In this document: positions 36,479-50,735 of the stretch, piece by piece
How positions within the stretch are numbered: the first letter of the stretch is position 1
Layout of the letters: each line of letters begins with the position of its first letter
From: Oopsacas minuta
Lineage: Eukaryota > Animalia > Porifera
Assembly: GCA_024704765.1 (NCBI GenBank)
Contig: JAKMXF010000307.1
Coordinates: forward strand, 310,001-374,000
Length of the DNA stretch: 64,000 bases
Reading direction: 5' to 3'
Notes under the pieces: model-generated
Told to the model about the DNA's origin: nothing
The model's input: the letters and a program-made list of their open reading frames with translations, nothing else
Database searches by the model: none
Program-made: the position numbers and the translations under genes

Positions 36479-38712
36479 AATACATATGCATAAAATTCTC
36501 TAAAATACACATGAGAATGATAGCTCACAGCTTTAAGCAATTAATAGCTCAGACTATTATCAGCTCAATAATGATAAGAGCTAAGCATTCCACTTTGAAT
36601 TTTTTCTCCATGGTTCAGTCAATTTTGACGTCAGATAATGTGTCAGGACACATTATATCTTGGTCCAATTACCCCTCAAACTCACTGCGGTCAGTCGTGG
36701 CCAGGTAATACAAAGTTTAAGGGAGTTTTGTCACAATATTCTCCAAAATTTAGAACTAAATCCTACCTCCCCCAAATGAAAACCAAGCATTTTTAACGAG
36801 CGCACGTCAATTTTTAAGAATTTGAGAATTTAAGCAATTCATATTATACTACTAATTTAACAAATTTCTAGTAACTATTTTGAATTCTATTTGAATAACC
36901 AGGATGTACTAGATTTTCTTCTCTCTCAACCATCAATCCGAACGGCAGTCGATTCTTTCAAAGAGATATTCAATCTTTCAGATGGCGAATTTTCCTCAAT
37001 TCGGACAAGATTCAGCGAATTGAAATCTGAACGTGATGCTTTCAGTAAGCGTAATTATCTATCTGTCCAGTTCTGATAGGTCTGCACAATGTTCTTAAGT
37101 GTAAGGAATCTGGAGGATTCGGACAAACCTGCAGACCGAATGCACAAATTTGTTTCACCAGACTAACAATCAAAACAATATATTTAGTCTTAAGCGCTCA
37201 AAGGCAAGGTACATCGAAGCCTGTGGGGTCATCTGTCTGAGGCTATTCAGGCAACGCAATCCCTATCATGGCGAGCCCAGATAACGGAAACACGACTCGC
37301 AACGGCATATCCCCAGTGGTGTAAAGGTTAAGTAACACTGATCCATTAGATGTGTATTGCGGAATAGGCGAGGCAACTGAGGAGTCAAAGATAGGACGAA
37401 ACACTTGGATCGCAATAAGGCTACAATAGTTGAATTAAAATAGAACTGATAATTAACCGTTGATTATTAAGAACACGTAAACGTTCGAGTTACTCGAAAA
37501 TTTCAAATTTAATTATTTTCGTATCTTAGAAAAAATTGCCATAGGCGTAATAATATTTAAAAAAGAAGGTTAAATTTACAATCTAAACACTTTACTCCTT
37601 GGTAGATAATTTTATTGTGAACACTTTATCTAAAATAACTTAAATAACACAGAGATTTCTGGATTGAACCTTTAGACTTTTGCTTACGTCATCATAACAA
37701 GAAAAATAGAAGCCATATAAAATACCCAATCTAGTCAATCTACTCTAAATAGTGATTAACCCCTAAGTAAATAATAGATGATATACCACAAACTCCAAAC
37801 TATATAGATTTAAGCTGGTTTATGTTTCGCAATTGTGATTGCGTCATCATAACTCAAAAATAGAAGCTATAACAAAAAGATTGCGCTGTTAATCAACTAA
37901 TTATATGCAATAACCAATAGATACATTATACATCATATGCTAAAGCTACGATAGACATTTAAAGCCACTGTGCGGAATTTGGCGATCCTCAATTTGGAGG
38001 CTAGCATACATATACAAATATATACAGTTAAAGGACAAAGGGATCCGACCAATTCAGAATTGTAATATTTTGTTATATACTTATTCTACTTATAACTAAG
38101 ATATTCCTATACATCGATATCCGTCAATCTACATAAATGAATCTTATTCACGCATAATCTGTCCTAAAAACTACTCCATAATTATGCATCAGAGTAATTA
38201 GATTTTAGTTTGATATACTTTGTATTTAATAAGGTAAGCAGCCGAATACTTTTCTCATTAAACTGTATATATGTATATATTTGTGTTCAGAATTTATTGA
38301 ATAAACTGGAGGACAAACAGGACTGATTTTGGGCATACAGAGATATTTTGGGCCTCGCTTGTACAAGTTAGAGTCTTGGACGAAATTCACACCTATGACG
38401 AATAATGAGGCCATTGTAACCTTTCTGGATTTTGAAAAATCACATTATCAACCACTGCTCAGCCAATATGCAATAGGAGTTTGAAATTTGAATCATATGC
38501 ACCTTTCAACATGACAAATGTGCTAACGCCATTGTACAAACAAATTTTCCAAATTTTGAAAAATCTCAGAATATATGATTTACCGATGCACGAAGTTCTG
38601 AGATTACAGCCAAAATCGGCACAGCATTTCCAACTTCACCACAGAAGGCCATTCAATGTTATTAGATGGACAATATATCATAATCTTAAAATTGCACATA
38701 TCCTGTGAATTC

Positions 38713-38839
38713 GAGGCACGTAGTGCGTACATCTTCTGTCGCGTAGTGACCAATAATACTATGAATTTAGCTCGTTAATACTTAAGCTAGCCAGGAGCAA
38801 AAACTGTCGCGCAGCGAAATAGCAAGCGAAGCGCTCTAG
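38713..38839 (+). repeat. Helitron-like 3' end of a non-autonomous repeat (copy 1; element probably extends upstream to ~38415)
   Basis: Ends GCAAGCGAAGCGCTCTAG|T (CTRR followed by T). Homologous to 59913-60042. Confidence 0.5.
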
Positions 38840-39563
38840 TGTAGATCTACATTTGAAAAGGTAAATTTGTAATCAACCTCTGAACATAAGTTTAAAAGAG
38901 AATTAAGCATCTTTTGAATAATATGAAAAATGCACAAAATAAGATGAATAAAATATGGTAGATCAAGTAGATTTAGATTTGCAAGCATGAATAAACAAAT
39001 ATACATAATTGATTACCCGTAATTAACAGTTGAAATGAAATCTCTAGCATAATTTAGTAATATCAGCAAAAGGTGTGATAAGATTATTAACCAGGTGATA
39101 AATCTGTGAATTAGCCACTTTCTAGATCTGAAAATCTGAAAATATTTATTCTATGATTTCTGATACCCTGAAAATCTTGAAAGATATCGTTCGCATCAAA
39201 TGCTAAGGATGTATTTGTACGGCTCCTTAGTCAAAGTGACCCTTTTCTAGCGAGTTACTGAATGCAAAATAAGTACAACAATAGATCTATTGATTTTAAT
39301 GTCATACAAGAAGAAAATTTTGCAAAAAATAGTTGGCTCGTTGAAAGGCGTCAGTAAGGACCAAGGATGATACATTTTTGGAATATCCAATTATAACTAG
39401 AGAATCGTGAAGGTCAGTAGCAAATCAGTATAGCCACTTTACAAATTATGTCCAATTTCCCACTATCGAATTATAATTGGATATTCATAAAAAATGACTC
39501 TTCTTTGGCCTTAAGTCTAACTCAAGAAAGAAATATTTTTATATTTGAGGTTGTGACATTATA

Positions 39564-40875
39564 CAGGGTGACAATAAAGTTCTGTTACATTCGAATTTGC
39601 GAATAACTCCGAAACTATACAATAGATATCGTTCAAATTTCTCTTGAATATTAGTGATATAGTACCGAATCTTTCTACAAAATATTATTCAATATAGCCA
39701 CTCTTATTCTTAACAACGGAATGTATTCGTGTCCTAAATTTTAGGACTGCGGCTCGCAGGTCTTCTTGTGGCATGTTATTCCATTCTCTGGTTAATGCGT
39801 TCAGTAGCGACGCCAAACTTTTATGGGGTTTAGCACAAGCCCTCTTCTCTAAATTACCCCACACAGAATAATCCAGCGGATTGAGGTCCGGGCTGGAAGG
39901 TGGCCATCCCGTCTTTGACAAAAACTTGATATTTTGCCCCCTGAGCCAGGACTGAGTCGCATTTGAGGCATGTGCTGGAGCTGAGTCCTGTTGGAATATC
40001 CATTCCTGGTTTTTGAATAGGTGATGACCTGCATCTTTGACTTCCGGCTCGAGTATTAGCTTCCTGTACGTTTCTGAGTTTATTTTTACTCCTTTCGGGA
40101 TAAAAATCAGATTTGTCCTCGAATTGGCCGTCACTCCCCCCGAAACCATAATAGATTGAGGTTTCTGGACTCGATCAACAAATTTAACCTCTCGAGGGAT
40201 GTCTTTAGCGGTAGTAGATAAAATCCTGTCATTTTGACGGTTCGTGGCTTCCTCTACAGTGAAGAGCTTTTCATCGGAAAAAAGAATTTTTTCAAAATCT
40301 TGGGTTCCGAGCCGCCGGAGGAGCCCCTTGCATCTTTCGAGTCTCTTTTGACGAATTGATGGTGTCAGATGATGTACCATCTTTCTTTTGAGAGATTTTA
40401 GTCTCAAGTCCTGATATACGAGTTTTCTAAGCGATTCACTGTTAATTTCCAATTCCTTGGCCATTTTTCGCATCGAGCGTCTGGGATTTCGCGCAACTCG
40501 AACTCTCACTGCCTTACTGAGTCGGATGGATCTCGCAATGGGTGGTCTGCCTGAACGAGCCTTGTCAGTTATGCCACTAGTCTCTTTGTATCGTTTTATG
40601 GTTCGATACACCAGCATTCTATTCACTTTCTCATGTTTCAGCTTCTTCAAAATTTCAGTTGGCGTATTACCCCACAAATAGTTAGTGATTATTTTAGACC
40701 TTGCATCTGCCATGATGTAAGAAAATGTACTGGATGCTAAACAGTATCAAATGCTATTGTAACTCGACTATACTCAAGTAAAGTTAACGAAAAACGCCTA
40801 GTGATTAGGGTTGCACTGTAAAGATAGTAATTAGCGACTGTACAATCAATGTAACAGAACTTAATTGTCATCCTG
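39564..40875 (-). mobile_element. Full-length DD37D (maT-type) Tc1/mariner element
   Basis: 28-bp TIRs CAGGGTGACAATAAAGTTCTGTTACATT / AATGTAACAGAACTTAATTGTCATCCTG (2 mismatches), TA TSD at 39562-63 and 40876-77. Confidence 0.95.
39685..40713 (-). CDS. Intact 342-aa DD37D transposase
   Basis: Uninterrupted ATG-to-stop ORF with HTH region (ARSGRPP), LFSDEKLF, FQQDSAPAH and WPPSSPDLNPLDY. There are 37 residues between the second and third Asp. Confidence 0.95.
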   Translation of the reverse strand: MADARSKIITNYLWGNTPTEILKKLKHEKVNRMLVYRTIKRYKETSGITDKARSGRPPIARSIRLSKAVRVRVARNPRRSMRKMAKELEINSESLRKLVYQDLRLKSLKRKMVHHLTPSIRQKRLERCKGLLRRLGTQDFEKILFSDEKLFTVEEATNRQNDRILSTTAKDIPREVKFVDRVQKPQSIMVSGGVTANSRTNLIFIPKGVKINSETYRKLILEPEVKDAGHHLFKNQEWIFQQDSAPAHASNATQSWLRGQNIKFLSKTGWPPSSPDLNPLDYSVWGNLEKRACAKPHKSLASLLNALTREWNNMPQEDLRAAVLKFRTRIHSVVKNKSGYIE

Positions 40876-42759
40876 TATAGATATAGATAGATCATTTTAT
40901 GCACTCATTCAGAAATGAGAGATGCAATATTTAACTTTCTACAATGCATTATATAGTCTCATTTAAAAACTAAATATATACAAGACACGAAGAAGAAGTT
41001 AGCAGACAATTTGAACAAAAAAACGTGTTCACTTCAAAATATCTTAAATATACCCATATATTAACCCAAATCAAAATTGAAGCAGTAAAATTTCTAGATC
41101 TGTTCCTCAAATTCCTGCTACTGTATTCCTTGGTCTATACAAATATTGCGTTATGATAATATAAACTTTCTGTAAATACAATTTTAGATAATAGATACTC
41201 TGTACAAATATTATTTAATGAGTTAATCATGTACATTGTGATAAGAGCTCTAATATGAACATGGGTTTCCGGAGAATCAGTCAGTTAATTGTGATAGTGC
41301 ACGAAACAGGCAACTCCATCTGCAATGGTTTTCTTGAGTTTGAAAGGTACATAACGTATTAAATTGAGGTCAAGGCTAGAATCACAGTATGTAAGGGGTT
41401 GGTGATATGTTTATCCAAATTTTTCAGATATGTGCTTCGGTGATTATCTATTCAAAGGATAAAACCAAGTATTTTACATGAATTTGTACAAACAAATACC
41501 ACATCATCATTCTCTTTGGTTTTGGTGTCATTATTACTAATGTTAACTTTCGAATGTAAATCAGAGTTACTTAACTGTTGTTTCTGCTCAGGAATTTTGG
41601 AGGCCAAATGTTTGCCGTTTTCTGTGTTATATATTAACAAACATGGGTCTGGTAATAAGCATTCATTGATATGTCCATCTATGTATAAATACTTTTACTT
41701 GTATTCCTTTACCTCAAAATTCCTGACATTCATGATCGTCAGGGATAGCACGCTTTGGTATACGCATAAGAAATAACCTTGTAGCTACCAAGCCAAAATG
41801 CTGGCACTCTCCCTATAATATTTGGATGCATTTTGAATTTTACTAAATACACATAAGAGTAATTTTCATGCGGTTTATCTACTTTAGATATGCTTTTCCA
41901 ATATATAACTAAAAATATATGATAAATTGGGAGAACAAATATATATGATTGTATATACGTATATTTAGTCTTTTAGACAAGATGTACAGTAACTCCAACA
42001 ATTGTCTAAATATTCTATTATATATATAGTGTTGAAAGTACTAGCAACACTGTGATTCATGGGCCAAGGATTAATCAACTTCTATTTGCGAAACATATAT
42101 ATTTGTCATGCATAGATTTAAATCAAGAATCCATGAATTTAGGAAATGAGATATTTCTCAAGTAGTATGATAAGAACTAATCATTTCGTCTAATGGTATT
42201 GGGCTAGGATTTACAGAAGGATTTTGGATTGTCAATGCACAATAAAATATTTGTTGATAGTTTGGTCATTTTACGTATGAGTGAGCCAATGGCTTCTAAG
42301 TGAAAATTAGAGGATACTGCTCAAATATTTTCAATACATCAAGTTGTTTTTATGTAAACAAATGAATTATGAATGGCTCTCGAGCTAGATATTAAATATA
42401 TCCTGATACATTACTACCAATGTCATTTACGGCGTAATATTTTTGGATTAAAAGAAGGTCAGTCCAAAAATCCACAGAAAAACGTTGACGCAATAAATAT
42501 TGAGGCTTAGCTTTTGATAGACTTGATTACTTATCAAGCAAGTTAAGTTTCCATCCGCCACTTGAGCGATTTTGAAATATTAAATTGTTTATGAAAATAA
42601 CTACTAACACCATCTTATTTACTTACACCGCCGTTTGGGTTCTGTGTAAACTGGAGATATGTAAAGAGTATGAAGTAGAGCCATAACCATGCAAGGAAGA
42701 GTATCAACCATATTCATCATATGTTACAGAAATCAATTTAGCTTCTGGAAGAGGAATGT

Positions 42760-43204
42760 TCATAAATATATATATATATACATAAACAAAGTGTATGTGT
42801 GTGTGTCCGCGCGTTTTCAGAGATTACTAGGCTATTCGAACCAAATTTTGAAAGTCTACTAAGTAGTACTCAACATTTCTAAATAAGAAAGATTTTGAAT
42901 CGGACCATTTTTGGACAAGATATGTAAATTTTCACACCTCGCCAATATAGATGCATTTTCGGAGGAATTTGATTGGTCAACGTTGACCAATCAGATTCCT
43001 TCCTTCGTATAACATGAAAAAGTATGGGTATTTGTTTCAATGCCACATAGCAATGCAATATGTTTTTGATTGTTCACTGAGGGCTAGCACATACGGACGC
43101 GTAGCGTTTGCAAACACCAAAAGCCAATTGTGAGGGCCCAAGGTCCGAAAGGATTCTGCAGGGACTAGAAGAAATAGCCGTCCAGACGGCGGCGTTGGGT
43201 CAGT
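42760..43204 (+). repeat. Possible non-autonomous Helitron-like element
   Basis: 5' TC followed by (TA)n and (GT)n, then gtccgcgc, an internal ccaaatttt motif, and a 3' GC-rich hairpin GCCGTCCAGACGGC. The 3' end is not a clean CTRR. Confidence 0.35.
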
Positions 43205-43973
43205 ATAAATATATAGGGGCAAGAAAATTTGCATTCTGCGCGAGTCAGATAAATTAGTTTTTGTATAAGAGAGGTTGTGGTTTAGTTTGTCATAGCAGAA
43301 TTTCTAAAAAGAGTGAGGAAATGTAGAAAACAAATTAAGCCTAAAACAATTACCTCAATCACTTGAAAATTTGGTCATTTTGTGAAATTTTCAGAATAAC
43401 ATACTTCAAAAGAGAACAAATTTTTTACAAGAAAGGAAAACACATAATCCACCAACCCTCAAGGGTATCCAGCAGAATAGTTAACTGAAAAGGATAATGA
43501 GAAGGCAGTCAAATAACACATCATTGTTGAAACATTTGGAAAGGTTTTCAAAACTCCAATGCTAAGTTACCACACTTATTTCTACAATCCTGATGACATT
43601 TTCGTAATCCACTAACGATATACTTTTGAATAATAGCAAGTTCTTTGCTCTAGCTATCCGAATAGTCGGTCAAATAAACGATTGAAGTGGATAGGATTGT
43701 ATTCGAATTGGCTGCAAACTAATTCTCCGTTTACAATACACATATTTCCACGTTTAAGAGAGTATTTAGCATATAATGCTTGACACAGTAATGAAGTCCT
43801 CGGGATATTAGGTTCATTTAAAGGGTTAGGAAATAAGTTCTGCAACAAAATTGAAATTGAGCTAGAGGTTCTGCGAATGGTTGTAGGTGAATATATACTT
43901 ATCATATATTATCTTCTATATCTTTTTAAACAATATTTAGAGTATTGAGTCCTACTAGAAATTTTATTAATTT

Positions 43974-44540
43974 ATGGACAAAGAAGCAAAACGGTCATTG
44001 ATAATCCTGTATCATAATGAAGGCAAGTCAGTTTCCGTAATTTCAAAAATACTGTCCGTAAATAGATGGATAGTCTACTGTACATTCAAACGTTACAGGG
44101 AGACTGACAGTACCCACGACAGGTTCAGAAAAGGTAGACCTCGTTCTGTTCGTACTCCCGCTGTTAGGAAGCTTGTCCGGGAAAGGGTCAGGAATAATCC
44201 TGTCAGAAGCATCCAAGACATGTCAGAATAATTCAAAATTTCAACCAGAGGTCTGGGAGGATAGTTAAAGAGGATTTAGGCCTAAAATGTTACAAATTTC
44301 GAGAGGTAGAGTTACTTTCTGAGATAGTAAGAGACGTAGATATGAAAAATGTCTGATTCTGAGAAGGTTTACTGGTAGCATGCACCAGAGTATTGTCTTC
44401 TCTGATAAGAAGATTTTTTGAGAAGAAGGGGATTTAATCAGTGAGGACGTGTTGCGTGTTGGTGCTGATAATTTCTACAAGCGACTGAACCTATGTATCG
44501 CAGCAAAGGGCAATACATTCGAAGAGTTAGATTAATTTCG
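43974..44540 (+). pseudogene. Internally deleted DD37D/Tc1-type transposase relic
   Basis: MDKEAKRSLII...RKGRPRSVRT...IVKEDLGLKCYK...IVFSDKKIF, then a jump to a C-terminal-like segment near 44480-44530. Confidence 0.7.
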
Positions 44541-45332
44541 TATCCTTAGTATGTATATTTACAAAATCATTACGAATTTCAACTACTATTATGGTAAGAT
44601 AAGAAATATACTAATATACTTGTTGCAAAACTTATGCCTAACCCTGTAGTTATAAGCGAGTTTGTTGCAGCAGGAGTTCGAAAATATATATTTGTTTGTA
44701 TAATTATATCATTAATAGAGGAAATCATTAATCTAAGTTCGTAAAACGGAGTGTTTGAAATAAGCAGGCCTGGGTCCATTACAAAGTATGTTGCATTTGA
44801 AATTATTAAAATACTTCTGAACATAGGAAGGAAAGTATTTGTACCGCACGTATATAAATATATCCCGAAAGTATTTGTATTTAGCTCACTTTCAAATACA
44901 TACTTCTAACTACGTGGAATTTCGTTTTATTCATAGTTACAAATAAGTTTGTCAGGAGTAATATGGATTAGTTGTTAAGGAAATTAGCAGTGCTTCTTTA
45001 GTCATCACGTAATTAAAATGAGTACAATTTGAAAAAAAAATTATCACAGACTAAAAGAACACTTTCCCATGTAAAAAGTATCACACATATTGTTACTGAT
45101 GATAAATAACTAATACTCGGAATTCAGGTGGGGAAGAGGCAAATCCCATGGCCCTGGTGGTACAATAGATTTCGCTTAACACTTAATCTCGGTTAGTATG
45201 CACTTATCTCAAAAAAACTGATCAATTTTGTACATATCATAGTTTACCGAGGGGGCACAACTTATCCAGTTCTACTGAATTATGGCACATTATATAATGA
45301 TCCATAAATTCAGCATGAATATCTAACAACTA

Positions 45333-46664
45333 CGGGTGTCCAATAAGTTCTGATCACTACCCCCAAAGGTGCCCAAAAGTATGTTGTACACGAATATCAG
45401 TGTTTTTTTCTCGAAATACTCCCACTGTTATTCATACAGAGTTGAAGACGCTCCAACCATCGTACAAAAACATTCTTATAGTCTTCCGCCGGGATCTGTT
45501 ATAGATACTGGAAAATCTCCGATCCCAGTTCTGCGCTGTTGCTAAAATGACGACCAGAGAGGTATTCCTTAAGCTTAGGAAAGAGGTAGAAATCACAATG
45601 AGCTAGATCTGGCTGTAGGGTGGATGTTCAAGCTCAATCATCCCCATCCTTAAGATTTGTTCTTTGACTTGCTTGGTTTTGTGAGGACGGACATTATCAT
45701 GTAATAATCTCAATCCTTTAGCACCCGTCCTGTTTCTCCTCGTAAACAAGCTTTCTTCCACTGCACCAAGACAATTACTAGTGTAGAATCTTGCAGTAAC
45801 GGTTTGTCCCTTTGGAACTATCACCTGGGCCACTGGGCCATGTGCATGAAAAAGTATGCAATACATGATCCTCGATGATCTGAAACCTGGACGCGGTATC
45901 ATCGGAGGGTCCGAGTGCTTTCCTATCCACATCTTATTTGCCTGTTTAGAAAAAGGTGTATTATACTGAACCCATGTCTCATCACCAGTCACTATCTCAA
46001 ATAATCTTCGCGGGTCGCATTCTTTGTAGGATTTAAGGAGATTACGCCAACATCTCACCCTTGTCTCTTTCTGGAGCTTTGTGAGTAAATGTGGGATTCA
46101 TCTAGTACAAACATTCGTCAACTTGAGCTGTGATCTTAAAATGTGGTCTACACTTCCCATTGAGATGCCAACACTATTAGGAAGTTCCCTGATAGTTATA
46201 TGTTGGTCTAGGTCTATCAGTTTCTTGATAGAGCACGATTTAATGGGAGATGCAGTCGTAATTGGTGCTCCAGGCCGAGGGTCATCTTCGATAGACTTTC
46301 TTCCCAACCTGAAACGCTGAGCCCATCTTCTGACTCCTGCATAAGATAGAGCACCTTTCGTTGTATAGACTTGAACTAAATCAAGATGTATCTCGTGTGC
46401 AGATTTTCCTAGGAGAGTACGAATCTTGACATAAGCTCTTTGCTCTATTTTAGAATTCTTGCCAAGTGATGTCATAAAGGTATAGTATAAAAAACACCTG
46501 TTGTAAAATTTGATAGAACTTGTTGAGTTTATAAGCGAAATTGAAAAAATCAATACTAGCTTGTAGACACAGGATTAAGTACTCATATTCAAATATCTAT
46601 ATATTATTTTGTGTTATAAATCCCCACAGTAACACAGTGATCAGAATTTATTGAACGCCCCTAG
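45333..46664 (-). mobile_element. Mariner (DD34D) element, full length, frameshifted (ATG 46475)
   Basis: TIRs CGGGTGTCCAATAAGTTCTGATCACT / AGTGATCAGAATTTATTGAACGCCCCTAG with TA flanks. Motifs EQRAYVKIR, EDDPRPG, VTGDETW, LHDNVRPH, HPPYS, GEYFEK. Confidence 0.9.
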
Positions 46665-49399
46665 TACAACATATCTTGAGTAGAAGAAACCAAACTGTAA
46701 TTAAATAGATTTTTAACACTTTATAAATGAGTTTCGTTGTATCCGACTTGGTGATAACAAGAGTTTACAGTAATTTAGCATTCAACAAATATGCAATTCG
46801 ACCCAGAATGGATTATTTATGAATTATAGAAAATACGTGGCATTAGTTCCATCAGGTTACCTATCCTAGTCAGGGTTCTAGGGGGAGAAGTCTCCAAAAA
46901 CCACAAGTTCCCTCTCAAATTAAGGCTAGATGACATATAGTATTGCTAAATTTGTGAAGGTCTCCATCGGAGTTATAATCTCCTTGCAATGCTTCAGCAA
47001 ATATCTTAAACCAATTATTTTGGGTAAGATAATTAGTTATGTCCGTAGTGAATTTTCTAAGTATCGAACTATCAGTATTCCAAGTTCGACAGTAATCTTG
47101 AATAATCTACCTGAACTTTTCCCTCTATTCTCTTTGCAATATATGTATAGTATATATTGCAAAACATATTAGCTAAGAGCCTCCCCAAAAATTTTTGGAC
47201 TCGAAAGCAGTATGGAAAAATGCGGAAATAAGCGCATCTTCAAAATACTTTTTGGAATCTCTATACACGTAGTTGAATTGGCGGGGTAATATTGTTACCA
47301 GTATCTAGTGGTAATCGGAATCCTAACTACAGCAGCCGAAACTTACATAATTGGAATAATCAAATATATATTTTCTAACCTTAACTTCCTATACCTTTCT
47401 TTTGTGTTGTTAATATATTAGTAAGTAAAGTAATATAATAATATTCACAATTATAATAATGATCAGTACAGAAATGACTGCTCTCAGGCACTATTACAGA
47501 GTTAAAATAATATAATCATGAAATAATGAAACATATACAACGCAAATATAATCAATATATATAAATAAGGAGAGTTCTATAAATTAGCTAATACCATCAT
47601 AAGCCTTCGAGGTTTCTCTCAAAACAATAAATTGAAGAAGAGCATCTTATATCATTAGTGAGCTTATTCCAGAGTATTGGCGCTGAAGTTGAAAAGCTCT
47701 ATTTCAATAGGCAATATATAACCTAAGAACTTCAAGGAAGTGTATATTTCTGTATAGCATAATTCGAAACAGTGTGTAAGTTGAATGAAATCTTTGAGGT
47801 AGTAGGAAAATAGCAAATTCAATATCTTGAGAGATATGACAAAGATTTTGTTGACAATTCTCATTTATATGTGTAGCCAGTGTAAAGATTTAAGGACGGG
47901 AGAAATGCTTAAACAAGGTCGGTCAATGTAATTACACGGACAAGAAAATTTGAACATGTTGAAGTTTAAATATCAAGGCGGAATGGGAGACCATAAAGTA
48001 TTGAGTTAGAAAGTCAAAACGTGAGGAAGCGAAATCATGTACTAGTTTATCAGCAACAGGGTTAGTTGGGTATATACCAATGTTTGCAATATGATTAATG
48101 AGAGAATAAATTCTTGAAATGACTGTCTACATTCCTGTAAGTCAAAATTGTTGTCAAAGATCACTACTAAACTCAGTAAATTCTACAGGATCTAATGGAC
48201 AAACACCAACCATTAGAGCACCATGATCAGGTACTGTTTTAATCTGCGAGAAATAACTGGAGTTTTAGTTTTGTCATCATTTAATTTGAGGAGCATAGAG
48301 TCACATCCATTTACATATATGAGATATACAGTCTCATATAATGATCCGACCATTTGCACTGTTTTCCTTGAACGGCTTGAATTAGTACTACATGAGTATC
48401 GTATGTATACAGCTGAAACTACAAACCACATGATTGATAATACCAACTAAAGAGGTCACCACATATTTAAACTCAACCTCGTCCGAAAGAATTCCAAAGA
48501 CAGAAACCCTTGATTTCGGAATTCAAAGATCAGATTAAAAGACTGAAAGAACAATACAACAAATTTCAAAATTAGATAGTATCCTAATCAGCATAATATT
48601 GTGATCCATAGCGTCAAACTCAGAGGAGATATCTTATAGTACTAGAATTGCATGTTGTGACTATCCAAACTCAGGAGAACATCATTATTTGTAGTCTCAG
48701 TGTGCGGTGTGCCTATAAGAAGATTGAATTTTTTCTAATAGGCCATGTTGATAGATATAATCATTCAAACTTATAAAATAAACTGTTATTAAGCTTAGAT
48801 ATAAAAGTGAGATTAGAAATAGCCCTGTGATTAATTAACAGCTCAGGATTTAGATTGGCTCTTTGAGTCGTTTCTATCTAATCAACGGTACATGATCGTC
48901 AAGAAGAATACCCGTAACACTCATTAAAGGGTTAGTCAACCAATCAGCGTAATATATATAGATGTGTGATGAGAGATAAAGAAGCAAAATCAGCAACAGG
49001 ACTACAAATATTGGCTTGGAAAATAATAGGGGAATGATCAGATTCCAAAGTAAAAGTGTCCACAAAATTATTTGATATATTTCTTAAATTTTTGGTGAAA
49101 ATTTTAAATCAAGGGTGTGACCAGTTTATGAATTGGCCAAATTACATTCTGCCTAGGTTATACATGGCAATTAGGTCAAGATGAGCTCTACTATTACTGC
49201 AAAACATGGCATTAACATGCTAATGAAAGTCTCCGAAAAGGAGCAGAAGACCAGGGTCAAATTCTTCAATAAAATGACGGTGCTGTGAACATATATATCT
49301 TTGAGGGCGGTGGGCGGTTTAGAACTATAGCTAGTCTAGAAATATTTACCATGAGCAACTAACTACTGCATTCAAAGATTGGAATACTGCAGCAGGGAC

Positions 49400-49750
49400 A
49401 ATCTTATAGAAACACTGTCTGTGAGCAAGATTTAAACTTCATCACCTTTTTTCGATTCCCTGGCATTGGTAAATTGAAGAAAGAGAAACCAATTGGTACA
49501 AGATGATCCAGAGTAGTTGGGTCAGCTTTTTTAGTATAGTGGTCTAAGTTATGTTAATGAAATATGTCCGAACCATGTTAATCACATGATCTCTGATGTG
49601 TGAAGCCTTGTTCTTAATAGATCTATGATTTCAATACCAGAATATGTTCGAGGAAGGTTGAGGTAAATTAGTAGAAGAAACTCTAGTGAATGCTGTAACA
49701 TGAAAGTCAATAGTAGTTAGAGTCTTAAGAGCTACTGAGGGTTGTTTTTG
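49400..49750 (-). pseudogene. Possible LINE (RTE/CR1-like) 3' relic
   Basis: Single LTWFGHI motif (49562-49578), similar to the LRWxGHV motif of non-LTR RT C-termini. Weak. Confidence 0.2.
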
Positions 49751-49999
49751 AGGTGAAGACTATAGATAATCTGGTATACATAGAGAGAATACCACAATAG
49801 TTTGTGCGATATGAGTAAAATATAATCGAAATATGCCAATGAAACTTGCAATAAAACAAGATTGAACTTTTCTAAGTACTTTCAATGTGGGTGCCATCGC
49901 CAATATGACGTCTGACAATGGTAGCGGCCATGTTAAAGTGTCATTTTGTGACACATTTAGAAATATATTAACCATATAATTCAGAAATTTTACTCTAAT

Positions 50000-50735
50000 T
50001 GGCACGACTGAATATTACAAAGAAATTCTTGGAAACTTAAGAGAACTGCGATTCTAGACGCCTAACAGAGATTATTACTGGACGAGACGTGGGTGTACTA
50101 TCCAACACCATATAGCAAGTATAAGAAGCTATCATGGGTGAGGAGCGACGAACAACCGGCGAAAATCCCTAGGCCCGACTCCAGAAAACCTACGATTATG
50201 TATACCATCTTCTTCAGTAGTCATGGAATTGTCTTGCAATTACCTTGTGAGAGTGCCAAGGCTGTTACTGCTACTTTCTTTACAGAGCAAGTGCTTCCAA
50301 ATTTGATAAAAAATATAGAAAAGCACCGCCCGAAAACCTGAACTCGAGGAATGAAGATTTTAATTGATAACGCCAGTTCCCATCAGCTAAGCTTACCAAA
50401 AATTTCTGGGATTTAGAAGGGTTAGAATTACTTCCCCATCCACCACACTCACCAAACTTAGCTCTGTGTGATTTTGGCTATTCACCAACCTTAAAATCTA
50501 CCTTCAAGGCAAAGATTTGAACACATAACAAGCACTCGGAACTGGCTTGTACCAGTACTTCAAATCCATCCCCGAAGAAGAGTACAGAAATGTATTTTAC
50601 AAGTGGGTGGAAAGGTTAAAACTTTGTGTATCTGCAGGAGGGGATTACTTTGAATAAATAATTTAGTGAATTAGTGTTTATACTGTTTGTATCATATTCT
50701 ATGATATCACCCGCAAGACTTATTGAACGCCTTAG
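50000..50735 (+). mobile_element. 5'-truncated mariner element
   Basis: DSRRLTEIIT(G)DETWVYY, KPTIMYTIFF, LIDNASSH, HPPHSPNLALC and GDYFE. Right TIR CTTATTGAACGCCTTAG|TA. Confidence 0.8.

Noticed and set aside
36683-37972. Transib/RAG-like element (CACTGCGG ... CACTGTG heptamer-like ends)
   Set aside because: The ends are not inverted repeats of each other, there is no 5-bp TSD, and no Transib motifs were recognised.
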